The notes: generated by a model from the letters alone, not told the origin. Shown: positions 11,466-25,390, counted from the first letter of the stretch. The stretch is 64,000 nucleotides of DNA from Tubulanus polymorphus (GCF_964204645.1 NC_134027.1:24762560-24826559), one strand, 5' to 3'. Numbers and translations: made by a program.

Positions 11466-11516
<51 letters not shown>
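11454..11516. repeat. (AT)n microsatellite
   Basis: Read directly. Confidence 0.95.
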
Positions 11517-11519
<3 letters not shown>

Positions 11520-12744
11520 GACTGATCTGTAGCGATCCTGTCTGTAGTATGACGAATTTTTTAAATCGCACGCACCTGGACCCGTGTGGAACCTCATTAC
11601 GGTCGTACTATTGACGAATGAATATTTTTTTTAATTTTTTTTATATTTAATTTTATTTGCCGTAAAAGCTGAACGGCCGGTTGTAGAAAGCGCGGTAACA
11701 AACTAGATCACATCCCTGGAGTCGAGTGGAGGACTGATCGGTTCAGAAAATAGAATATTTGAAATAACAGGATATAGAAACATAATATTGAAATCTCCAA
11801 GCTCCGCTTTAATAGATGTTAAGACATCTCCTGGCCGAGGAGTATTCAAAACATTAAATTTTCCTTTTACAACATTTGCTTTAAGCATTGTGCCATGACG
11901 TGTAAATCCTTGTCCTTTTCTCATCATTGAAATAACGCGGCCATGATCTCGAATTTAGATGATTTGTTTTCAACTTCTATCTTACAACTCCGACTAGAAA
12001 ACTGTGCGCTTAACAATATTTTCGTTTATATTCAATGGAATGAGTACTGCTGTATGAATACTGCTGACATGTTTGTGACACTAACACGTTTCTAATTACC
12101 TAATCCAATTAGTACAAGCAACTCATCGATGTTGATGCGCTTTTTAACATATCGATATCAGCCGATTAATCTAGGAGAGAGAATTAGATTTATTATTATT
12201 AAACAATATTACCTCGATAAGATCGTTATTATTGTACGCTCTGATAAAAATCTAAATTAAAACTAAGAATCGAACTGCATGATAACTGCCTTTATCGTTA
12301 GTTGTTTGAGGTATCTAAGTTTTGGATACGTACATGTACATAAGATATCGAAAAAAAAATATTAATAATTTGCACTTTTTGAACTTTTCGTACGTCGATA
12401 AATGAAACCTTTTTCCTAAAAAGAGAAACTGGCAGCCGTTTCTGACGCAGCCGTTGACTTGAGAAATTGAGGTTGGAAAAAAATTCGATGCCGTTCCCAG
12501 GGTGCCGTTTCAGACAAAGATTGATTACCTCGGTACGTAGGTACGCTTGACGGTAACTCATGGCAACGGTCTCAATTTGAACGAATCATATTTGATCTCT
12601 CCTCAATTATCATCGCAAGTCGCTGCCTTCTGGGAACGAATGATTTCGTATGGATAGAGACTTTTTTTTAAATGTTAGATTAACCCCGGTACGTAAAACC
12701 GATTCGAACGACATTGTTATGATTTTGACTTTTCTGTTCGGGGA

Positions 12745-13615
12745 ACCAAAAAGGTGCTTAGACTGGTCTTAAGTTGTTAGATTGGCTATAGAGCCAAAAA
12801 GGAGCGCAGACTGGTCTTAAGTTGTTAGATTTGCTATAGAACCAAAATGAGCTTAGACTGGTCTTAAGTTGTTAGATTTGCTATAGAATCAAAAATGAAC
12901 TTAGACTGGTCTTAAGTTGTTAGATTTGCTATAGAACCAAAATGAGCTTAGACTGGTCTTAAGTTGTTAGATTTGCTATAGAACCAAAAAGGTGCTCAGA
13001 CTGGTCTTAAGTTGTTAGATTGGCTATAGAACCAAAAAGGAGCTCAGACTGGTCTTAAGTTGTTAGATCGGCTATAGAACCAAAATGAGCTTAGACTGGT
13101 CTTAAGTTGTTAGATTTGCTATAGAACCAAAATGAGCTTAGACTGGTCTTAAGTTGTTAGATTTGCTATAGAACCAAAATGAGCTTAGACTGGTCTTAAG
13201 TTGTTAGATTTGCTATAGAACCGAAATGAGCTTAGACTGATCTTAAGTTGTTAGATTTGCTATAGAACCAAAAAGGTGCTCAGACTGGTCTTAAGTTGTT
13301 AGATTGGCTATAGAACCAAAAAGGAGCTCAGACTGGTCTTAAGTTGTTAGATCGGCTATAGAACCAAAATGAGCTTAGACTGGTCTTAAGTTGTTAGATT
13401 TGCTATAGAGCCAAAAAGGAGCTCAGACTGGTCTTAAGTTGTTAGATTGGCTATAGATCCAAAATGAGCTTAGACTGGTTAGAATGAGTTTAGACTGGTT
13501 TTAAGTTGTTGGATCGACTATAGAATCAAAATGAGTTTAGACTGGTCTTAAGTTCAAAAATGAGTTTAGACTGGTCTTAAATTGTAAGATCGGCTATAGG
13601 TAGAACTAAAATGAA
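12745..13615 (+). repeat. 47/48-bp minisatellite, family B, ~18 copies
   Basis: Near-perfect units TAGACTGGTCTTAAGTTGTTAGATT(T/G)GCTATAGAACCAAAATGAGCT. Confidence 0.95.
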
Positions 13616-16600
13616 CCACCATAAACCTAGACCCACCCTGAGTTGAGAGATGAGGCTATCCATAAGCTGATTCCAAATTTGATTCAGCTATGATCTGGGA
13701 CAATTTGCCCCTGTCCTACATCGCGTCCACGTGATCGCGATCATAAAACCAAAAAACGGCCTCGATTCGTCCTGTTTACAGTACAAGTTCAAGCACCTTT
13801 ATCATATCGCTTACGGCGCTAGTGTCATGAGTAGGGCCCTGGTTTTCTAACAGAAGTCAACGATATGTAAATATTGAATCATTCCCTTTGAACAATTAAA
13901 ATGTCTCATGATCGGTCGTTCGATAGACGATGTATCGTCATCGACACGGCCGCCTTACCCGCAGAAATCGGCGCAACGTCCGTGTAATTTCTTTTCTTTA
14001 AAAAAAACGTCAGGGAATTTTGTAAAAAGAAAATAATAGCTGAGAATCCGAGAAAAGTCGGGATAATTTGTTGAAATTGTTCGATCGCACGTAAAATCAA
14101 ACAGTTTCCGTCTGTGTCTTACGTATTTGACTGCGTTAATTCATCGGTTTCTTAGCAGATCAAGTCAGGAAAAACAACGCGCATGTCAGGGAATTGTCGG
14201 GGGGGGGGGGAAAGAAAGTCGAATTAAAGTGGCCACCATGATCGCGTAAGATGAATATGTAGAAAATACCGCAATAAGTCCAAGAAATGGACGAAATGTT
14301 CAGCAGAAAGTGAATAATATATCTACAGCAATGTGTTTCACCTATCATCGGGAGTACTGGTATATACGGACACCTGTCACTGACATGCGAGATAACTTTT
14401 CATGATTTCAACTCGTGATCATCGTATCGAATTTTGCGTTGATCACGTCGAATTTTGACTTCGCTCGAATTTCGACATGAAATCTGTCGAAATCTGTCGA
14501 AATCGTGAAAAAATTATCTTACTATGTCATCGACGGGCTTCCGTAGATAAAAGTAACTGACGTATATACAAGAATCAAACAAAGGAACTTAAAAAAACCA
14601 GATGTGACGACTACTACTATTACACTCCCAGGAGCTCAAATACTACGTACAAAAATCAAATCAAAATGTCAGATTTCTAGTTCATTTTCGATTAAACTGC
14701 ATTTAGACCGACACGACACGGTCAGAATTCTTTGGTGCCTTTTTATTTTTTTTCTCTGTATCATAATTTGTCGTTGTAACCACCTGCGATACACAATAGA
14801 TATTTTTCCTAAATATGTAATCTATGTTTCTTGACTAAATGCCTCTCAGAGATGCTCAGAAAGCTCTAAAATCATAGTAAAATTTCAAAAATTTTGCTGA
14901 TACGTCTTTCCGCCAAATTAAGAATATATGCCCTTTTTATTGGTCGACATGGTCACAACATGCCCCTGGATCCGCCCTTGAACTGCTAGTTTTGATGTCA
15001 AATTGTAGCGCTGCAAAGGTTGACACCACAACGGTGTTCGGGTCTTTAAAGTCACACTTGACGCAGGGAAACACAGAAACCGGGAATCGTGCGTGTTCAA
15101 TCGTGGAAACATTGTTTCCCGTTTCTCGTAAACGCACGCGATACATGGAAGCGCATCGGTCAAGTTTCTGTGTCTCCCGGAGTCCCGGGTATCGTGTGAT
15201 AAACGAGTGATTAAAACGTTGAAAGGAGAATGACTTATAGTACATAGATAAAAACCGACGCCTGAAAACTAGAACCAATCGAAAAAATCAAGTTGAAATT
15301 CAGCTGACGCGTGATTTTAAAATACGACCCAAAATCTGCCCTGCAGTCGTACGTTAGCACGGTTAGCGTTTATATCACGCGGCGGTGAATTTTGCGCCGG
15401 AAAAAAAATTCGGTCCCTCGAGCAATTAGAATATCGTTCAAAAAAAAACCCATTCTTTTTTAAATATGACGACGCGCCATAGATTTGCTCCGGCGTCATA
15501 TGGAGCGTTTAATACGGCGTGTGCACTGGTTGTTTGTCTCACCGTTAGCTCCGGGGGCAGTGAACTCCGCCGCGCAAAATCAATACGCGCGGTTTCGAGT
15601 TCAACAGGCGCTGTGTGTGTGTGTGCGCGCGCGGCTGCGTAATAAATGTTATCGGAACACTCGCACTTTTATGGAAAAACGTTATTCTCACTCGGCGCTC
15701 GAGGTGGGCAGCAGTGCGGTACGCAGTACGGTGTACAGCAACCTCCGCGGCCGTCGTACCTTACATACTGAACTAAAACTATTCAAATACTATATATAGT
15801 CTTGACGTAAACGTTTAAGAGGATTTAATTAGATAGAAGTCGGGCGGTCGGTATATTATGATCAGTGCTCGGTAGGATCATCGCATTAGAAGCAGCAGGT
15901 ACGTACGAATGATGAAACCGATATTGCGTACGTGTGTCTGTGGCGTTACTCAATTCGCTCTCGATAATTCGTATCTTAGTTATTGTAGGGTAGATTATAA
16001 CGGTTGGAATAATGATATCGCCTCGAAGAACGTTGCGGAAGGCATCGATGTATATTTAAACTAGTTCATATGTCCTATAAACTAGTTTATACGTCCATGC
16101 AGAAGGTCGCTGACCGAGCGTCTGGTCATGTGAAAGACAGACTGAATTTAGTGTTTATACTACAGCGCTTTCTGTAGAGAGTACTGTACTATGACTTTGT
16201 ATATAAATATGTATATTACATACCCGGGTAGATGAATAGTTCCTCAATTCCGTTCAGAAATTCATTTGACGAATATCACTCATATCCATATTAAATTTTC
16301 AGGGGGTCGGATACCCGCTGAAAATCGGAGTAATCCTTTTTTTGTTAACTCATTGTTTCTGTGAGGATGACCGAAATGGTAGGCACCGAAATGGTAGGCA
16401 CTGAAACATAGGCCCTATGATTATAATCAAAAATACATAAATCCTCTTTATGTATTTTTGTTATAATTGATGCCTAGTTCATAGGACGGAGTCTCTTTTC
16501 TCTGATTCAAATATAAGTTAAAGAAGACTTTTTGACAATGATTCTATCCACAGCGTGAAATGGATATAAAAACGATGGTTTATTATTCGGCATGCACAGT

Positions 16601-18134
16601 TTCGTATTAAGCCCGATTTGAGGTACATTTTCAAAAAGATTAAGCGCAAAATCCCCCAAAAAATCGATCGCACAAAAAATGAACAGACATATTTAGGTTA
16701 TAGTCGAAATGTGGAATCGATAATTTATTAGCTTCAGGGCTTCTCGTTATATACTAGTGTTGGATTGTCTGTATATATATATATATCGCTGGGTTTCAGG
16801 CGAACCGTCGAATATACACTTTTGTCGAAACTGGGAAAAATCGATTTTAAATTTTGAACTTTGTCGCTCTCGTTTTTCGATATCAGATTCATTCATCTCT
16901 GCTGCTAAAATACAGTAAGCTGATTTAGGTCCCTTAATAATTTGTTAAACAAGCGAATACTGTGTAAGAGGTATTGTAATGTATGATAGTATGAACGATC
17001 GCCTGATGCATTGTTCGCTATGTATTCATAGGGTCGATTACACCGATCGAACTTCTATCATTTTTCCCGATCGATTTTTGGTGTTGAATTCGTCGGCGAT
17101 GAGAACGTTTCTATTATTAGTTACGGATTGTCGTTAGTTTTACTGAATATTCGAACTCGTCATAATTTTACTGAATTTTATTAAACAAATCATAATCGGG
17201 GTTGGCACTTAACAGGAAATCGGGAAAAAGTTCGCGAAATTTTTTTTCTTTAAAAACTTCTAGGAGTAGTCAGGGAATATTGCATACAACAAAAAAAAAA
17301 AATTATTTTGACACGGGCCAGATTTGGCTCGAGCCTGATCCACGCCAATTAGGCCGGGGGCAAATCGTCTCTGTGTGACTTATTGGACCTCACAGATTAT
17401 CGTGCCTTGAGGAATCGATTTTTTTTCAATTCAAAATAACTTTATTTCACGTTAAGTGTAAAACGTAAAGCGTATCATTGGTTTATACAGTTATAATGAT
17501 AATTAATAATAAAGATTTATTTAGCCTGAATACCATGTAAAGTAATATGCTCAACGGGCTTCACATAATGAAAATTAGACAGACATCAGCATTCGGTTAA
17601 AAGCAGTAAGAAATCAATATGTTTTAAGACAATTTCTTAAAAAAAAAAACACTAAGAGAATAACACCTCACGTAAGTAATAAAGTACAGGACAGAACAAA
17701 AATCATATTCTCGGATTTTTTTTTTCAAAGGAAATTATTTTTAACGAAATTGATAATCGAGAAAAATATATAGTAGACATTTGTATCGGTTTTTTTTTAT
17801 TATCTTAAAGTAAGGATTGACCCTGTTATTTATTTCATTCATATAATATAAGAATATTAACGAAAAAAAATTGAGCCGCAATATCTAGACGCAGTGAATT
17901 CGTCATGACGACTGATGGTTTTTTTGCGAGTACTTATAGAATAGAATGAGGTTAAAATGATTATCAGAAGCTCTTGAAACGTCGGAAGTGTTTTCACCAA
18001 GAGAGAGAACATGTTCGGATATTCTCGTTGAATTGCATTGGGAGTTCCGTATAATGTATGTTCTTGACGAAACGCTGTTCCATTTAAAAGAACGCAATAA
18101 TCGAATAGATTGGAAAATATCGAAACGAAACCTG

Positions 18135-18652
18135 TGCTTCTGGATCTAGAGTTGAATTGATTCCACACAACTGTGAATTCAGATCTGGAGTTAAATTTGA
18201 CCAACGCACGCAACTGTGAAACTGGATCCAGAGTCAAATTAAACCCAAGCAACTGTGGAACTGGATCCAGAGTCAAATTAAACCCACTCAACTGCGGAAC
18301 TGGATTCACAGTCAAATTTAACCCACACAACTGTGGAACTGGATTCACAGTCAAATTTAACCCACTCAACTGCGGAACTGGATTCACAGTCAAATTTAAC
18401 CCACACAACTGTGGAACTGGATCCAGTCGAATCAAACCCAAACAACTGTGAATCTGGATCTAGAGTCAATTATAACCTACATACCGACCTGTGGAATTGG
18501 ATCCAGAGACGAATTAAATTCACACAACTGTTGGACTGGATTAACAGTGAAATTAAACCCACACAACTGGATCCAGAGACAAACCCACACGACACAGTTG
18601 TAGAACTGGATCGAGAGTAAAATCAAACCCTCACGACTGTGGAACTGGATTC
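18135..18652 (+). repeat. 39-bp minisatellite, family A
   Basis: Same unit, ~13 copies, ending about 45 nt before the APEX2 acceptor at 18695. Confidence 0.9.
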
Positions 18653-18695
18653 ATTGAGTGATTCATTGAGTATTTTGACTGTTCTCTATTTTCAG

Positions 18696-18768
18696 ACACG
18701 TGATTATATTGGGTGATTTGAACACATCGTTGCAGCCGATTGATCATTGTGATCCCGGAGAAGAGAAG
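18696..18768 (+). CDS. APEX2: APEX2 coding exon (catalytic GDLN motif)
   Basis: Acceptor CTATTTTCAG| and donor AAG|GTGAGT. Reads (R)HVIILGDLNTSLQPIDHCDPGEEK. Confidence 0.95.
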
Positions 18769-20063
18769 GTGAGTTTATTACCTGATCTACTCGACCACTC
18801 ATCAACATTGTCGTCTGACATCTCTTTAGGGCCTGCTAGAGTGAAACCTGTAGAAACCAGGCATGTTTTTTTTTCCCCGAATTTCATCAAACCTATCAAA
18901 TTATCAGCCATGATATTTAGTCTGAACATTTAAAAATGACGCGGTATATGCCCACGCCCGTGGAGACCGTATGAACTTTGATAACGTGTACCCGCGGAAC
19001 CCGCAGAGACCGGGGGCGATAGGAAACCAAATACAGGACTCGAAATTCCAATCTAGTCTTCAAGTCTAGTGCTCTACAGAACTGAGCCATTGCCATGACC
19101 CTACTGTCAAATTGTTATGATAGTCCATTATCAAAATAACTGTTTACTGATTGACTGAAATTTTGTTTGCCTCTATTTGCCCCCCCCCCTTAAATATTTT
19201 CACACCCTTTAAAGGCCTTGCAATAGTTTATACGATGACACTACACCAAATATCCACAGCGACAATAGCTGCTACAAGTTTTCTATTATCAAATAGAATG
19301 TCGAGTCTGCAGCACTCTGATACATGTTAATTTGCCACGATTCGCGCGATTCAAGGCTTTGAGATGGTGTTTCAGTCGTGACTGTGCGAGATTCAGGGCT
19401 ATGAGGGGGTGGCTACAGTGCACGCGAGGGGCGGGAGGCGGTTGTGAGGGGTGCAATCAAAGCCAGGGGATGAAATGTTTAAACTTCAAACAATATCTTG
19501 CCTAAGAAATCTATCTGTAGGTAATTTCTTACCCTGAAGCCACAAAATACCGTTGACCTGCCATCCACAAAATACTGTACGTCTGGCAATAGTGAGGGGT
19601 CAATCAGGGTGGTAGATTAATACCTATCATATGAATATGTCATTTAGAGAAACCCATTTAAGCAACTGTTATTGATTTTTTCTTACGCTTCACGTTGAAT
19701 CCTTTCCAGGGGCGGATCTAGCTTTTCGGAAAAAGGGCTGTGCACTACTTACTTAGGTCAGTCAGTGCTTGCACAACAGGGGTCTGGGGACGCTTCTGCG
19801 GAAGATGATTTTGAAAAATTAGATGCATTGATTAGGTGCATTCTGAGCACTTCGTGGTTGAAATTAGGAATGAAATATGTTCATAATTTCACTTTTTCTA
19901 AAAAAGAAAACTTAGGTAGAAAATTTCAAAGTCACTCGGCTGAAAATCCTGCTTGCGTCCATCTTTAGAGTTCAATTTTCTTAATGATATTCATCAAGTC
20001 TGAAATATTTTGAATTATTATGACAATATTTTCTAATTTCAAAAAACATTTCATCTTTTGTAG

Positions 20064-21371
20064 GATTTCCTGAGCAGCCCATCGCGGATCTGGTTAAACG
20101 ACTTCCTGCGTCAACGTCCGCGCGTCGACGACAACACGTCGATCGTCGACACGTTCCGTTATTTCCATCCCGACCGGAAGAACGCGTTCACCTGCTGGTG
20201 TTCGATGACAAACGCTCGACTGACGAACTACGGAACGCGAATCGACTACGTGCTCGCCGACCGCGAATTGACGACGCGACACTTCGTCGACACGCGTCAC
20301 CTCGTCGACGTTGCCGGTTCCGACCACTGCCCCGTGCAGTCGGACGTCGACGTCGTGTTACTACCGGCGACGAAGCTGCCGTCGCTGTGCGCGAAATTCT
20401 TGCCCGAATTCGCCGGCAAACAGAGGAAATTATCGGACTTTTTCGCGCCGAAATCGTCGGGCGGACGAAATCTGGCGTCGATGGGTAATCAGCAGACGAC
20501 GCTCGATAATCAGAACAAGGGCGTCACGATGTCGGCGCCCCTGACGCTTAAACGCGCGGCCTCGGTACCCGTCGGCGCGCCGATACAACCGCCGGCTAAA
20601 CGCTCGAAACTGGTCGATAAGGCTAAGTTGGCGGAAAGCTCGTCGTCGACCGGCGGTCAACAGGTCAATTTGTTCGCGTTGTTCAAAAAGAAAGGGATAT
20701 CGCGCAATTTCGATTGTAGCAGAACTACTCAGGATGCGGCGACACCGGCCGACAAGTCGACGAGTCAATATCAGTCGACGTCGGCTCCATCGACTCCGGT
20801 CTCGTCGCACCGGGAGTCGACTCCGCCCGGTTCAGTCGAGAATAAACGATGCATCGGTCGAGACGACTGCTCGATTCCCGAGTCGTCACCGCTTCGCGAG
20901 AACAACGACAACATTCAGGTAACGTGCGTGATGGAGGCGATAATCGCGTCGGCGCTGGACGGCCGCGACGCGAAAACCGGCGTCCGTGCCGCCAACAGCA
21001 TTCGACAATATCTACCCGAATCCGACCCGCTTTATCTCGCCGACCTGTCGTCGCTCGACGCCGGCAACGATCGTAAACAACCGTTGGATTTAACTACGGA
21101 ATCGGCTTCGGACCGCGGCGCGGCCGCTGTCGCGTCCTCGTCGTCGACGCGGTCGCAAAACGCGTGGAAAGACGTTCTGAAAGGACCGCCGGCGCCGCCT
21201 ATGTGTCGCGGGCACCGAGAACCGTGCGTGCTACGTACGGTGAAGAAGGATAATCTGAATAAAGGTCGTCAGTTTTGGGTGTGCCCGCGTCCGGAGGGAC
21301 ACGCCTCGAATAAAGAAGCGCGGTGCAATCACTTCGAGTGGATCGCGAAAAAAACGGCGAAAAAATCGTGA
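20064..21371 (+). CDS. APEX2: APEX2 terminal coding exon: end of the nuclease domain, PIP-like motifs, disordered linker, C-terminal zf-GRF
   Basis: Acceptor CTTTTGTAG|, phase 0. Reads DFLSSPSRIWL...DTFRYFHP...FTCW...NYGTRIDYVL...GSDHCPV, then zf-GRF CRGHREPC...NKGRQFWVCPRP...RCNHFEW. Stop TGA ends at 21371. Contains ORF 20205..21371. Confidence 0.97.
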   Translation, partial: DFLSSPSRIWLNDFLRQRPRVDDNTSIVDTFRYFHPDRKNAFTCWCSMTNARLTNYGTRIDYVLADRELTTRHFVDTRHLVDVAGSDHCPVQSDVDVVLLPATKLPSLCAKFLPEFAGKQRKLSDFFAPKSSGGRNLASMGNQQTTLDNQNKGVTMSAPLTLKRAASVPVGAPIQPPAKRSKLVDKAKLAESSSSTGGQQVNLFALFKKKGISRNFDCSRTTQDAATPADKSTSQYQSTSAPSTPVSSHRESTPPGSVENKRCIGRDDCSIPESSPLRENNDNIQVTCVMEAIIASALDGRDAKTGVRAANSIRQYLPESDPLYLADLSSLDAGNDRKQPLDLTTESASDRGAAAVASSSSTRSQNAWKDVLKGPPAPPMCRGHREPCVLRTVKKDNLNKGRQFWVCPRPEGHASNKEARCNHFEWIAKKTAKKS

Positions 21372-21927
21372 ATCGTGAACTTTTTCCATATTTGCGTTTA
21401 CTGTTTTTAATCTTTGTAATATCAGTATTGTGTCAGTCAGTGATCTCCATGAGAGAGGTTTTAGAGGGGCAACCACTCCTTTCACTTATACATCCACTCA
21501 TCGAAAATCAACTCCCGTAGAAATATCTGCTGCCCCTCAAGCTTATACCATTATAAGCTAGTGGGCCATGAAAAATAGTGGATTGTGCCAAAATTACGCT
21601 TAATTTTCCGCATTTTTGTGCAGACAGAAAGCTTTGCTGCTTCAGCGTCCACAAGGTTATACACGTAAGAAAGAACGCAGCCCCTCTAAAATCCTGGCGT
21701 ATGGAGAACACTATGTGTAAAAAGAGGAAATATGTAGAAAATGGCTTCAAAGTCCCCCTTGTGACAAAGACATTCCCCGGTATACATACTATACCCATTG
21801 ATCGCTTGAAAACTTCTTTATATTAGAGAATCATTTTCAAGCACCTCGAATAGATTTGAGAAATTACTCCTTAGATTTTTGGAAAGTTTTGAAAATGTAA
21901 GTCAACTTATTTCTGTTTGAGTCAATT

Positions 21928-22708
21928 CCTGTTCAGCCATCATTGCTGAACAGAGTTATCTCATAGTTCCGGTTCAGCCATCATTGCTATACTACCAGTT
22001 ATCTTGTAGTTCCAATTCAGCCATCATTGTCACTATGAGTTATCTCATAGTTCTGGTTCAGCCATCATTGTCACTACGAGTTATCTCATAGTTCCAGTTC
22101 AGCCATCATTGTCACTACGAGTTATCTCATAGTTCTGGTTCAGCCATCATTGTCACTATGAGTTATCTCATAGTTCTGGTTCAGCGTTCATTGCTACTAT
22201 GAGTTATCTTATAGTTCCAGTTCAGCCATCATTGTCACTATGAGTTATCTCATAGTTCCAGTTCAGCCATCATTGTCACTATGAGTTATCTCATAGTTCC
22301 AGTTCAGCCATCATTGTCACTATGAGTTATCTCATAGTTCTGGTTCAGCCATCATTGTCACTATGAGTTATCTCATAGTTCTGGTTCAGCGTTCATTGCT
22401 ACTATGAGTTATCTTATAGTTCCAGTTCAGCCATCATTGTCACTATGAGTTATCTCATAGTTCCAGTTCAGCCATCATTGTCACTATGAGTTATCTCGTA
22501 GTTCCAGTTCAGCCATCATTGTCACTACGAGTTATCTCATAGTTCCAGTTCAGCCATCATTGCCACTACGAGTTATCTCATAGTTCCAGTTCTGCCATCA
22601 TTGTCACTATGAGTTATCTCGTAGTTCCAGTTCTGCCATCATTGTCACTATGAGTTATCTCGTAGTTCCAGTTCAGCCATCATTGCCAGTACAAGTTATC
22701 TCATAGTT
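21928..22708. repeat. 41-bp minisatellite, ~19 copies, downstream of the APEX2 stop
   Basis: Unit CAGCCATCATTGTCACTATGAGTTATCTCATAGTTCCAGTT. Confidence 0.95.
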
Positions 22709-23929
22709 TATTCTTCTCATTCGCTGTTTAATAGTTGCGCTCTAGCACACAGGAATAACACAGTTCCTGAGATTGGCTGGCAATGGGAACAAACTCCTAC
22801 ATCATTGTCAATGCTCATCGGTCAATAATTTTAAACAGGTCGACGACTACATTAACAGTTCTACTGGATGCACAGCTTTTGAACGGTTAAGTTTAAATCA
22901 CCTTCAAGTTTTTCATGAACGTCTTGTTGATTGTTGTGCGTTATCTCGTAGTATCTTGTCCGAATACTCGATAGCATTAACCCCCCCCCCCCTCGTCAAC
23001 CTGTTTGAATGTCGATATTTTCTGCTTTGACTCTTCAAGTTCTATAAACTCACAACCGAATAGTATGAAGTCTGATGTATTTTTGTTTCATTTAGAGGGT
23101 AAGGGAGCATTATTCAATGCATGCTCGTCCATTGGGAGGGTGGGCGGCCAACGATCGACCCCCTTTTCTATACGGATGCGTTGCATACAGGGTAGGGCAG
23201 TGAACCTACACTTGATTCGAATCGATTGGGACCATTGAAATTAATTTGCATTAGAAATTCATATTCTGCAATACATGCATTCAGAGGCAGACCATTTATA
23301 TTTTCCAGGTTAAGCGAAATGCGGCAGAAATGCGAATCCCGCTGTGGCAAGCGAGGAAGTTGCTGGTAGATCCTCACTTGCCACCGGTGGAATCCTTAAT
23401 GCATTGAAGTTTTTTTTAGGTTATCGTAGAATTCAAGCATTGAAAATTTGTTGGATAGATTAAAAGTTTCCACTCGTGGAGAATGAGAAAGTTAGTGAAT
23501 AATCATGAATTCGCTGAATCGTTGAAGTCATCATTAGCATTCTCGATGTCTTAAATATAATAAAAACCACGATCACACAAGCGGTTTTGGCCCTTGTCAA
23601 ATTTGGCTCGGAATAACTTTTCACACGTTTGCCCATGCCTGTTTGGCCCTGGCCAAATTTGGCTCGACCAAAAACGTCGGACCAAATTATTTTTGTGTGA
23701 ATAGCATCTGGTTCCCGAAGTGACTGACTTCACTTTGTTGAGCATTGTTTTGTATCGAGTGAGTGGTTTAACTCTGCGCCTGTCAACTTAATAGCTTCGA
23801 AACGAGCCACTTCAAAACTATTTCGGGAAATTTGTGCTTCTCGGTCATTGACTTGCCAAACTTTTAGTTTACTTCTTTTTAACGTGTCTCTAGGTCGATG
23901 TGAAGGAACCATTTATACAGTTCCACTGT

Positions 23930-24180
23930 AATGTGGGTTTATTTTGACTCAGGATCCAGTTTCACAGATGTGTTTGTTTAATTTGATCAGATCATCAACT
24001 CTAGATTCTTTTAGAGTCCATGGTTTGATTTTACTTGTTCCACAGTTGTGTGGGTCTAATTTTCCTCTGGATCCAGTTCCACAGCTGTGTGCGTTTAATT
24101 TACCTCTGGATGCAGTTCCACGGTTGTGTGGGTTTAATTAAACTTTGGATTCAGTTCCACAGTTGTATGAGTTGAATTTG
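23930..24180 (-). repeat. 39-bp minisatellite, family A
   Basis: Reverse-complement units CTGGATCCAGTTCCACAGTTGTGTGGG. Confidence 0.8.
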
Positions 24181-25182
24181 TTTGAGGTTGGTTTAACAAG
24201 GTTCAGTACAATCTGGATGTTCTACTCTTGCACCCATTGCGGCAATTCACGCTTTATTTCTGATTCGAGGACACGATTAAAACGCTCGAGTCAAACTGAA
24301 CGAACAACTCTGGAACTGGGGACAAGACATTTTTACATTCTGGTCGTAGGCTCACTGATAAACGCACTCTTATTAAGCGTAAGCACAAATTTGACTCGCG
24401 GCTGGTCCGAACTAGTTTGACCGGGGTTTAATCATCTCTGTACGATAGCGGCGTTTGATGAGCTGCAGTGGGGGAGCATTGCCGGAATTTTTAAGGCTGT
24501 TTATTGCGCGCTTGTGGCATTTCTTGCGGTATGTCCTCCAATTTTGTACATGAACCGGCATTTACGGGGTAAGCATTTACGCTTGAGTTCAGACACACTT
24601 AGCTCAGGTCACAAAACCAATCAAAGACCAAGAGGTCAGACATTGAGCCTGGCGCCTTTGTATTTTGAAAAAAAGTTAGTTTATTTAGGCTTAAGAAAAT
24701 ATATACCTTGTTTCTCGTTCCGGCTGGGCTTAAAAGTTGACGGGGCTGGCCACCAATCTGCCCTGTAGACTACTTTTTAGAAATCACAATTATGCTAACC
24801 GTAACAGACCAGGCAGCTATCGAAATGAACTGATTACAAATTCTGTCGCGGTTCACAAAATGCCCCAGCCGATTAGGAGAAACAAGGTATCGTATTCTTA
24901 CAGCCTTACGTGAAAAATAATTTCGATGTAAATAGAACAATTTAGTTTTCGTGATCCAGGGACGGTGATACTTCATCAGAGTTCTATCGTTGACTTACTT
25001 TGAAGTAGGTTTGAATTTGTGAATGAATCTGGAACGGAAAACAGCGGCCGCTGAGGATATCTTACGATTTCGATCAGGGAAATATATCAGGAATTTTTGG
25101 ATTCCCGGATCTCTAAGAACCCAGTAAAATATGATTTGAAGATCATCTCAAACCCGAATCTATGGAGTCGAATTCCTTGTAA

Positions 25183-25390
25183 GGGGCTGTCCATAAAAGA
25201 TGCCCACAGAAAATTGCAAAATGTTGACCCCTCCCTCATATCCACAGAAAGTCCACTGGTCCACTAATGTGGTATTGTTACCACCAGCCTATGACTGAGC
25301 CCCCCTCCCTTGCCCATCGGACAAAAAAGACATCAAAAACATCGGATAACCAGTCATGCAAAATAATGGACAACTTTTATGGACAGCTCC
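25183..25390. mobile_element. PIF/Harbinger-type MITE
   Basis: GGGGCTGTCCATAAAAG...CTTTTATGGACAGCTCC TIR with TAA on both sides. Confidence 0.7.

Noticed and set aside
11703-12030. Minus-strand ORF MMRKGQGFTRHG... and upstream RSCKIEVENKSSK, faintly like an actinoporin N-terminal strand
   Set aside because: The two pieces are in different frames, there is no downstream actinoporin motif and no convincing splice sites.
12745-13615. CRISPR-like regular repeats, here and at 21.9, 25.8, 53.2, 61.3 and 62.5 kb
   Set aside because: Head-to-tail units without unique spacers, no cas genes, and a spliced eukaryotic context.
20094-21076. Arg-rich ORFs overlapping the APEX2 last exon
   Set aside because: Shadow frames of GC-rich coding sequence.
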